Part shown: piece after piece, positions 25,320-31,760 of the stretch
How the letters are laid out: the number at the start of each line of letters is the position of its first letter
Numbering within the stretch: the first letter of the stretch is position 1
Source: Verrucomicrobiota bacterium
GTDB taxonomy: Bacteria; Verrucomicrobiota; Verrucomicrobiia; Limisphaerales; UBA11358
NCBI GenBank assembly: GCA_049509595.1
Contig: JBEKZT010000001.1
Span: 1-32,511, forward strand
Direction of reading: 5' to 3'
Length of the DNA: 32,511 nt
Program-made: the position numbers and the translations under genes
Notes under the pieces: model-generated
The model's input: only the letters and a program-made list of their open reading frames with translations
What the model was told of the DNA's origin: nothing
Databases searched by the model: none

Positions 25320-25991
25320 ATGAAAACGAAACATGCCCATACCAAGATTGAAGTCACCAAGAACGGCCCCTATCTCGTCAGCGGCGACCTGCCTTTGAGC
25401 GAGCAGTGGATCGTCACCAATGCCGAGGGTGATTCACTTGAATACCGCGAAGGGAAAAAATACCCGGCCCAGCCGCAATATGCTCTCTGCCGATGCGGCC
25501 AGTCCGCCAACAAACCCTTCTGCGATGGCACGCACGCGAAGGTTCGCTTCAACGGCACGGAAACGGCCAGCCATCAACCCTACTTGAAACAAGCCGAGAC
25601 CATTGAAGGCCCCACGATGCTGCTCACCGATCAAGAGAACCTGTGCGCGTTCGCCCGGTTCTGCGACCCAAAGGGCAAAATCTGGAATCTGGTCAAGCAG
25701 GATAGCCCCGAAGCGCAGGAAATTGTAAAACACGAAGCCGCTCATTGTCCCGCCGGACGACTGGTGATTTGGGATAAGGCGACCGGCAAAGCCATCGAGC
25801 CGGAATTTGAGCCGTCGCTCGGACTGATTGAAGACACCGAGAAAAAAGTAGGCGGCCCGATTTGGGTGCGTGGCGGCGTTCCTATCGTTTCTGCCGACGG
25901 GAAGACTTATGAGATTCGTAACCGGCTGACCTTGTGCCGCTGCGGCAGTTCAGCCAACAAACCCTTCTGCGACGGGTCGCACGCGGCCTGA
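25320..25991 (+). CDS. CDGSH iron-sulfur domain protein with two CDGSH motifs
   Basis: The two motifs are CRCGQSANKPFCDGTH and CRCGSSANKPFCDGSH. Both match C-x-C-x2-S-x3-P-x-C-D-G-(S/T)-H, the mitoNEET-type 2Fe-2S ligand pattern. Confidence 0.9.
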   Translation: MKTKHAHTKIEVTKNGPYLVSGDLPLSEQWIVTNAEGDSLEYREGKKYPAQPQYALCRCGQSANKPFCDGTHAKVRFNGTETASHQPYLKQAETIEGPTMLLTDQENLCAFARFCDPKGKIWNLVKQDSPEAQEIVKHEAAHCPAGRLVIWDKATGKAIEPEFEPSLGLIEDTEKKVGGPIWVRGGVPIVSADGKTYEIRNRLTLCRCGSSANKPFCDGSHAA

Positions 25992-26101
25992 ACTTGAAAC
26001 CGTCGGCGGGTTATTACAAAAGGAACTCCAGCATTGCGAAAGTAAATGCAAACACCAGAAACCAGCTTAAATTATCCCGCTCATTCACAAAAACCTGAAC
26101 C

Positions 26102-26257
26102 CTAATTGGCGGGTGTTTGCGTGGTGGTCGTCGTCGAAGTGGCAGGCACGGCGGGGGTCGTGGTGGTGGTCGTGCTGGTGGTGGTTGGCGCAGTTGAGCA
26201 GCCGGTGAGTGACACAAGGGCGGCGGCGACGACGCATGAAAGGATGAATTTTTTCAT
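26102..26257 (-). CDS. Small Thr-rich lipoprotein (51 aa)
   Basis: ATG 26257 gives MKKFILSCVVAAALVSLTGC (lipobox LTGC). The mature peptide is STAPTTTSTTTTTTPAVPATSTTTTTQTPAN. The track ORF (26102..26296) starts further upstream. Confidence 0.7.
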   Translation of the reverse strand: MKKFILSCVVAAALVSLTGCSTAPTTTSTTTTTTPAVPATSTTTTTQTPAN

Positions 26258-26344
26258 AAGTATAATTGTTGTTTGGTTTGTTACTTTACAAACCATGATT
26301 GCGTCATCGGCTGGTCAAAGGCTATGGGGTGTAACCCTACCCTG

Positions 26345-26503
26345 TTAACTTTTCGTGCTGCGGAATCCGCCCATGCAATAGATGACAAGACATATGAGCA
26401 GAATCAGGCCCAGCCCGCTGCCGCCGATGACAGGACCGCCAAAGTAAAACCCGCCGCCACCGAACAAGAGAAGCAGAACAACCACAAGTAATAATATATT
26501 CAT
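26345..26503 (-). CDS. Small hydrophobic Gly-rich membrane protein (52 aa), DUF3309-like
   Basis: This ORF is not in the track because it is under 60 aa; I translated it by hand. The product is MNILLLVVVLLLLFGGGGFYFGGPVIGGSGLGLILLICLVIYCMGGFRSTKS, with a TAA stop. Two hydrophobic helices joined by a GGxxYxGG loop resemble DUF3309-type peptides. The family assignment is from memory. Confidence 0.6.
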   Translation of the reverse strand: MNILLLVVVLLLLFGGGGFYFGGPVIGGSGLGLILLICLVIYCMGGFRSTKS

Positions 26504-26534
26504 GCCGTTAAGATAACACGCCGCTGCATAGTTC

Positions 26535-26556
26535 CTATGGGGTCTTCACCCCATAG
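26535..26556. other. Perfect 8-bp stem hairpin CTATGGGG-TCTTCA-CCCCATAG in a divergent intergenic region
   Basis: Read directly. It lies between the start of the DUF3309-like gene (26503) and the response-regulator start (26624). A second bulged hairpin (CAGACAcaaCATTG ... CAATGTCTG) spans 26570-26607. The 9-mer CTATGGGGT recurs at 26322-26330. Confidence 0.4.
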
Positions 26557-26623
26557 ACAGAGTGGCGACCAGACACAACATTGATGTCAATTAAGCACCA
26601 ATGTCTGTGACGTAACACTATTT

Positions 26624-27061
26624 ATGAAGCGAATCACTGTCCTGCTGGCCGACGACAACGGGGTCGTGCGGAAAGAATTCAGAAAGATTCTGGAACTTGA
26701 AGACGACCTCGAAGTCGTGGGCGAAGCCAAAGATGGCCATCAGGCGGTCGCCCTGGCCAAAAAACTTCGCCCCAAATTGGTGCTGATGGACGTGACCATG
26801 CCGTTGCTCAATGGCCTGCAAGCCACCTGCCAGATTCTCAAGGCCGCACTCGCCACCAAAGTGCTCATGCTTTCGGCGCACAGCGATGAAGCGTATATCA
26901 TCGAGGCCGTCAACTCCGGCGCGATGGGCTATCTCATCAAACAAACCTCCGCTGACCATGTCTGCACCGCGATTCGGGAAGTTCTCAGGGGAAACACATT
27001 CTTCAGCCCGTCCATTCCCAAACGACTGCACAAACGTATTCGGAAAAAGCCGATGGATTGA
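26624..27061 (+). CDS. Stand-alone response-regulator receiver domain (NarL/FixJ-like REC, no output domain)
   Basis: 145 aa. VLLADDNGVVR provides the acidic pocket, KLVLMDVTMPLLNG contains the phospho-acceptor Asp, and VLMLSAHSDEAYIIEAVNSGAMGYLIKQ is also REC-typical. The protein ends in a basic tail KRLHKRIRKKPMD with no LuxR-type HTH. Confidence 0.85.
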   Translation: MKRITVLLADDNGVVRKEFRKILELEDDLEVVGEAKDGHQAVALAKKLRPKLVLMDVTMPLLNGLQATCQILKAALATKVLMLSAHSDEAYIIEAVNSGAMGYLIKQTSADHVCTAIREVLRGNTFFSPSIPKRLHKRIRKKPMD

Positions 27062-27199
27062 GACGGATTCTTTCACGGCAGACGCCGAAGCCATGGTGGC
27101 CGTCCGCAAGAACCGGTTGTCGGGATACAGTCATCAATTGACCTTGCCAAAATAAAATTAACTTCTCAAGATTCGCGGGACGGAAAAATCTTTGGCCGC

Positions 27200-27832
27200 A
27201 TGAAAAAATATTTATCCATAGCCCTCGCAGTCGTATGCACCGCGTTGGTCATATCTCTGATCGTGATTAAACGAGGTGATGATGCACAGCATGAAAATGA
27301 CACCGGTGCGATTGCCGATTTTTCGAACCGGTTGGACTCGGCGCAGTCACAAATCACCGCTTGCAACGGAACGATTCTCGTATTTTCCAACAGCCTCAAC
27401 GAAAGCCAGTCTGAGTCATTGACATTTTCAAACCAGTTGATTGAAGCCGAATCCACCAATGCTCTCGACGCGGAACAAATTACCAACCTGAACCTGCAGA
27501 TCGCGGAGTCGGCCTCGGAAAATCAAACTTTAGACCAGCGCATCATGGATTTGACCAACCAGATGGCTGGCCTCACGCAGCAAATCGCTTTGACCGAAAC
27601 CAATCTGGAGCACGCAAATCAAAACTATGCTCTTCTGGAAAATCGTTTGCGCAGGGACGTGGCCGAGCGGATTGTTGTGGAACGAAAATTCAACAATTTT
27701 ATTGAACTGCGGGCTCAAATGCAGAAATTAAAGGAGCATCCCGCCGAGGTGATTTCCTCCGACAGCATCTATGCAGGTTTGAATGTGGAGGTCAGTTCGA
27801 ACGGCGCGTTCGTTGTCATGCCGCCGGATTGA
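27200..27832 (+). CDS. Membrane-anchored coiled-coil protein, hypothetical
   Basis: 210 aa with the N-terminal anchor MKKYLSIALAVVCTALVISLIVI. About 130 aa of heptad-like Q/N/L/E-rich sequence follows (NLNLQIAESASENQTLDQRIMDLTNQMAGLTQQIALTETNLEHANQNYALLENRL). Confidence 0.7.
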   Translation: MKKYLSIALAVVCTALVISLIVIKRGDDAQHENDTGAIADFSNRLDSAQSQITACNGTILVFSNSLNESQSESLTFSNQLIEAESTNALDAEQITNLNLQIAESASENQTLDQRIMDLTNQMAGLTQQIALTETNLEHANQNYALLENRLRRDVAERIVVERKFNNFIELRAQMQKLKEHPAEVISSDSIYAGLNVEVSSNGAFVVMPPD

Positions 27833-28227
27833 TTTCCTCCGTCACGATATTTAAGACGGACACCGGACGCGTTACCGACGTGCAATAATAATAAACCTGC
27901 CGGGAGGTGGAGACCGAAACCCGACGACATGATTTTCTGCGGATCATTATTCGCCGTCAGCTCCACATACGTCGCCAGCGTGTCCAGCGTGACAATCAAC
28001 TGGTCGCGCAGCGTGTTTTTATTCAACGTATCCGCCGGAGTGCTGCCCACGCAGACGGACACCGCGGCATTGAAGCCGTTCCCCTGCGTCGTCAACGCCG
28101 CCGGGGTTACGGGCGGAGTCGTGAAGTTGGCGTTACCCGTGAGTGCATCGGCCACATGCAACGTGAAGTCGCCCAGTTGGCCGTTCGTTTTCTTTGCGTA
28201 ATCACGCAATATATGATTTTTTGCCAT
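27769..28227 (-). CDS. Hypothetical protein resembling the helical N-terminal domain found ahead of FN3 modules in many bacterial proteins; apparently truncated
   Basis: ATG 28227 gives MAKNHILRDYAKKTNGQLGDFTLHVADALTGNANFTTPPVTPAALT...LDTLATYVELTANNDPQKIMSSGFGL. From memory, the pattern TGNxNFxxPP ... LAxYVE ... D ... I.SSGF precedes a fibronectin-III domain in related proteins. Here the ORF ends about 45 aa later and its last 64 nt overlap the convergent gene. Confidence 0.5.
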   Translation of the reverse strand: MAKNHILRDYAKKTNGQLGDFTLHVADALTGNANFTTPPVTPAALTTQGNGFNAAVSVCVGSTPADTLNKNTLRDQLIVTLDTLATYVELTANNDPQKIMSSGFGLHLPAGLLLLHVGNASGVRLKYRDGGNQSGGMTTNAPFELTSTFKPA

Positions 28228-28325
28228 AATTTGCCCCTGCTGACTGTTGTATTGGTTAAACCCCGGAACCCCGGGAACAAGGCCACTTAGCCCCGCTATA
28301 CAGAATACGGACGAAGAAAACCCAA

Positions 28326-29003
28326 TCATTCCCGTAAACGGTTGATTTCCTCAAAGATGGCGGCCGCCGTGTTCGGGTTCAATCCGTCGAAATAGCCGCG
28401 CAGATGGCCGTGCGAATCCACCAACGCGATACGTTCGGTGTGCGAAAAATTGCCCGGCATATAACTGAACGGATCGTCCAAATCCTGCGCGAGAAAACTT
28501 GTTCCGATTAAATCATACAGCGTGGTTTTGTCGCCGGTCAGCAAGAACCAGCGATTGGTGTCCGCACCGAAACGCTCGCCATATTTTGCCAGCACATCAG
28601 TCGTGTCGTCACGCGGGTCAACCGTCAGCGAGACGAGTTTGACATCGGGCTGGTTCGTAGTGAACTGCTGGATTTGCGCCATGCAGTGGTTGACGGTGGG
28701 ACACGTCAGCGAACAACTGGTGAATAGAAAATCCACCACCAGAATTTTGCCGACCAATTCCGACCGCGTCACCGTGCGGCCGGTGCGGTCGGTGAGCGAG
28801 AAGTTGACCAGTTGCCGGGGATGATCTGGCGCGATGAGCCGGGGCGGCGAATTTTCCACCGCTTCGCCCGTGTTTTGATCATGATTGTTCAATGCCCAGA
28901 TAAGCAGGCAAAAGCCAGTTCCAAAAACCAAAGACATAGTTGTGGCGACATAGAAAAACAGTCGCTCGTCGTTGCGTTGTCTGGAACTGGCTGCCTTGGA
29001 CAT
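28326..29003 (-). CDS. SCO1/SenC-family thioredoxin-fold copper chaperone / thiol-disulfide oxidoreductase
   Basis: ATG 29003 lies 8 nt after the upstream stop. An N-terminal TM anchor is followed by the CxxxC motif FLFTSCSLTCP and the conserved His region FSHTERIALVDSHGHLRGYF. Confidence 0.88.
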   Translation of the reverse strand: MSKAASSRQRNDERLFFYVATTMSLVFGTGFCLLIWALNNHDQNTGEAVENSPPRLIAPDHPRQLVNFSLTDRTGRTVTRSELVGKILVVDFLFTSCSLTCPTVNHCMAQIQQFTTNQPDVKLVSLTVDPRDDTTDVLAKYGERFGADTNRWFLLTGDKTTLYDLIGTSFLAQDLDDPFSYMPGNFSHTERIALVDSHGHLRGYFDGLNPNTAAAIFEEINRLRE

Positions 29004-29011
29004 AGGAACAA

Positions 29012-30001
29012 TCAAAACATGTAACTCACGCTGAACTTGAACAGCACCGGCGCGGCCATTTGATTGCCGGTGAAGTGTTGAAGGACGGGAAATTCCGCGT
29101 CTGCGTAAATTTTCACCGGATGAATGTGAAACTCGATTCCCGGCGAAAGCATCACACGCTGGTAGCCGGAGGAAACACCATCGGCTGGATCATCGTTTGA
29201 ACCACCGGAAGCGTTGGAGCCACTGTCACTGGTCCGTTCGGAAACGATGACCTGCGCCAGCGGAGAAATCCGCGCGCGCCCGACCGAGAATCCCTTGTAA
29301 TCAATCCCGGCGGCACTATCGAGTTCGACACCCGGACGATATCCGGCTTGTGTCAGCGTCGGCACATCCAATAGGAACTGCGCGAACCAGTCCCAGTTTT
29401 CATCTTTCGTGATATTGCCGCGATAAAAACCGCCGAGCAAAATGTCCGTGCTGCCGGTTCCGATTTCGCTGTCGCGATCAACGTCACCATAGGCATTGTT
29501 GTATGTGTAATCGCCGGTTGGTATTTTGAGGCCGAAGGTCACGCCAGCGGACTTATCCGCGAAAAATCCCGTGTATATGCCTTCCAGCCGGATGTCGCCG
29601 AGAGCACCCCAGTTTACGGTCGCAACGGTGCCGGGTGGAACGTTCGGATTGCCAGTAACGGTTTTAAATGTGCGGTAGTCATAAGGCACTTCAACCTTAA
29701 AACCCCAGTTGTTATTGAACATATATTGGACACCGGTGGTAATGAAGTGCGTCTCAATTTCCTTGTCGCCATTGTTGGCTGCTGGCGCCTGTGAAAAGCC
29801 ACTCCAATTGCGATTTTGGTCCTGATAGTCATATTGAAGGAAAGCCATTCCGCCCTGGCCATTGGGAATCATTGAACTGCCGCCCACGTCAAAAACACCG
29901 CACCCGCACGCGCACGCGTGAACAACGCTTGGCGCGAGAATTCCTGCCAACAAACCACAACCAACTTTTACCACTACTAAATTATTTTTTTTATTTTTCA
30001 T
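29012..30001 (-). CDS. Outer-membrane beta-barrel protein with a Cys-x-Cys-x-Cys motif at the predicted mature N-terminus
   Basis: The track ORF runs to 30463, overlapping the upstream gene. ATG 30001 gives the signal peptide MKNKKNNLVVVKVGCGLLAGILAPSVVHA, followed by CACGCGVFDVGGSS. The rest shows alternating hydrophobic/aromatic beta-strand periodicity and ends ...FKFSVSYMF, the terminal Phe typical of OMPs. It resembles the barrels grouped as the MetA-pathway/transporter family, an assignment I have not verified. Confidence 0.75.
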   Translation of the reverse strand: MKNKKNNLVVVKVGCGLLAGILAPSVVHACACGCGVFDVGGSSMIPNGQGGMAFLQYDYQDQNRNWSGFSQAPAANNGDKEIETHFITTGVQYMFNNNWGFKVEVPYDYRTFKTVTGNPNVPPGTVATVNWGALGDIRLEGIYTGFFADKSAGVTFGLKIPTGDYTYNNAYGDVDRDSEIGTGSTDILLGGFYRGNITKDENWDWFAQFLLDVPTLTQAGYRPGVELDSAAGIDYKGFSVGRARISPLAQVIVSERTSDSGSNASGGSNDDPADGVSSGYQRVMLSPGIEFHIHPVKIYADAEFPVLQHFTGNQMAAPVLFKFSVSYMF

Positions 30002-30105
30002 ATCAAATTTCAAAATTACGAGAACGCGCAACGGCGCTCTCAAGGTTAAATGGAAATTATTTTTACCTGCGCCAATAGGGCGCGGGCAACCAAACTGCGA
30101 TTGAA

Positions 30106-30486
30106 TCAAACGAAGATTCCGCGCGGCGGCTGTAGCAGAGGTTTTTGCGAAAGAGATTTTGCGGAAGAATTTTCTTGCGGCAACAGTTGAAACTGCGATG
30201 GCGCGGTCAAAACAAAATTTTGTTTGGCCGGCGGGAATTCCAGCTTTTGCGTTTGCAAATTGAATTCGGTCTTCTTTTCCGATTGTTTTCCGGCGGCGAT
30301 GGCTTTGCAGAGGCAGCAGGGATGCTGGCCGTCGAAAGTTTTTGTTACCGCGTCGTGAAACGAACTCGATTGAAGGTTGTCCGCGAGCATCGTCGTCCAC
30401 GCGACAGTTTGCAGCAGCGCCCAATGCGCGCCGAGCATTGTCGTCAGCGTGAGGACGAGACAAATTTTGCGAATGCGGACGAACAT
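30106..30486 (-). CDS. Small single-pass membrane protein with HWALLQTVAWTTM and HPCCLC motifs, function unknown
   Basis: 126 aa starting at ATG 30486. The N-terminal hydrophobic helix ICLVLTLTTMLGAHWALLQTVAWTTML is followed by FDGQHPCCLCKAIAAGKQSEKK and a Gln/Pro-rich tail. I could not assign a family name. Confidence 0.65.
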   Translation of the reverse strand: MFVRIRKICLVLTLTTMLGAHWALLQTVAWTTMLADNLQSSSFHDAVTKTFDGQHPCCLCKAIAAGKQSEKKTEFNLQTQKLEFPPAKQNFVLTAPSQFQLLPQENSSAKSLSQKPLLQPPRGIFV

Positions 30487-30536
30487 GAAACCAAGCTAGT
30501 GAAAAATTTCACAAAGTCAAATTGCGATTATTACCA

Positions 30537-31205
30537 TCACCAAAAATGCCATGCGCCTTGCCAGACAATCCAGACACCCAGAAGAAAATTGGTAATGGCG
30601 TGCGCGGTCATCGCGTCGCCCAAACGATTTTTCCGGATGGCCAGCCACTGATAAGCCGCGCCGCACAAAATTCCCGCCAGCCATTCACGGTGCGAAAAAC
30701 CAAAAACAGCGGCGGTCGCAAAAAACGGCAATGGCAAAAAACGGTTCAACGGCACGGACAGAAAATCAACGCTGGCCAGATAGCGATAAAAAAATGAGCG
30801 GTAAAAAACTTCTTCCAGCGACGGGACGATGAATGTCATTCCCAAAATGTGAACGGCAATGAAAAACCAGCCGAGCGCAGGATTCCCGTTGAACGCGGCA
30901 AGCGGATTTCCCGTCGCGCCATCCTTGACAAACTTTGGATAAAACGGATCGAGTCCGACCCAAAGCGCAAAAATCCCAATGCCAACCGCAATCGCCTCCC
31001 AACTGACAGCCCAGCGCATCTCCAAAACGAATGGCCGCATTTCCCAAATCAGCCAGGCACCGATAAAAGTTTTCGCCAGATAAAACCAGTAAGGGGAAAC
31101 CGCGCCGAATTTTCCCTGACAAAACGTCAGCGCAAGAAAAATAATAAACGGCGCGACGCGCGCGGCGGCGGGCGATTTTAAAAAAAATGTTTTCAGAAGC
31201 CGCAC
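30537..31205 (-). CDS. CPBP-family intramembrane glutamic endopeptidase (CAAX protease/Abi-like)
   Basis: 222 aa with a GTG start. All three CPBP motifs are present: EEVFYR (EExxxR), FGFSH (FxxxH) and HAITN (HxxxN). Confidence 0.85.
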   Translation of the reverse strand: MRLLKTFFLKSPAAARVAPFIIFLALTFCQGKFGAVSPYWFYLAKTFIGAWLIWEMRPFVLEMRWAVSWEAIAVGIGIFALWVGLDPFYPKFVKDGATGNPLAAFNGNPALGWFFIAVHILGMTFIVPSLEEVFYRSFFYRYLASVDFLSVPLNRFLPLPFFATAAVFGFSHREWLAGILCGAAYQWLAIRKNRLGDAMTAHAITNFLLGVWIVWQGAWHFW

Positions 31206-31223
31206 ACGAAGAAAGTTGGAAAA

Positions 31224-31760
31224 TTATTCGCCGAGAAACAATTCGTTCGTTTCGCCGTTACCGACAAGCGTGATGTTGTTTTGCGAAATTGCATAGACGC
31301 GCATATCACGAACGTAATCGCCGACATAGACGGTTTTGCCGCTGACAATCGCCCACGGATGGGTTGGGTCAAAAAAGATGCCTTGCACTTTGGGTGGCGG
31401 CAATTGCGGCGCGGCCACGACATTTGAAATTGGGGTTGCATTCGTGTCTGGCGTCGCGTTTTCTTGCGGTGCATTTATGGCTGCTGGTGCGTTGGCGACG
31501 GTTTCGACGGTATTTGTCGTTGTCGTCGGCGACGAAACGGAATTTATCTCGGTCGGATGTTTGAAAAGTGCGAGGCAGATACAAAATATCCCAGCCGCAA
31601 GGAGCAAAACAATGATAACGGGCAGAAACCACGCGTTCCCGCCGTGCGGTGGTGCAGATTGCACTGGACGATACAGCGGCGGCGGTGTCGGCTGTGACGG
31701 CGTGGGATTTTTTTGCTGCGCTTGTTTTGCGCGTTTGAGTGCATCGTTGATGAGGCTCAT
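31224..31760 (-). CDS. GspB/ExeB-like protein (single TM, Pro/Thr-rich linker, C-terminal small beta domain)
   Basis: The track ORF extends to 31955. ATG 31760 overlaps the upstream stop as ATGA and gives MSLINDALKRAKQAQQ, the characteristic GspB-type N-terminus. The TM helix is WFLPVIIVLLLAAGIFCICLAL. The C-terminal domain is VQGIFFDPTHPWAIVSGKTVYVGDYVRDMRVYAISQNNITLV. Confidence 0.7.
   Translation of the reverse strand: MSLINDALKRAKQAQQKNPTPSQPTPPPLYRPVQSAPPHGGNAWFLPVIIVLLLAAGIFCICLALFKHPTEINSVSSPTTTTNTVETVANAPAAINAPQENATPDTNATPISNVVAAPQLPPPKVQGIFFDPTHPWAIVSGKTVYVGDYVRDMRVYAISQNNITLVGNGETNELFLGE

Noticed and set aside
25295-26002. The 12-mer AACTTGAAACCG occurs just after the stop codons of both the VOC gene (25295-25306) and the CDGSH gene (25991-26002)
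   Set aside because: By my rough estimate (pairs of positions divided by 4^12), several tens of exact 12-mer coincidences are expected by chance in a window of this size. There is no flanking similarity or associated structure.
27059-27202. The response-regulator TGA stop is in frame with the next gene's ATG, with 46 stop-free codons between them; possible readthrough, selenocysteine or a split gene
   Set aside because: A stop-free run of 46 codons is expected by chance roughly one time in ten. The intervening peptide (DGFFHGRRRSHGGRPQEP…) is not domain-like. The downstream protein starts with its own membrane anchor. I found no convincing SECIS-like hairpin after the TGA, only 4-5 bp stems.
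30002-30463. N-terminal 154-aa extension of the beta-barrel ORF (track 29012..30463)
   Set aside because: The extension overlaps the HPCCLC-protein gene in another frame and looks non-protein-like (RRALGAAANCRVDDDARG…). The internal ATG at 30001 is followed by a textbook signal peptide.
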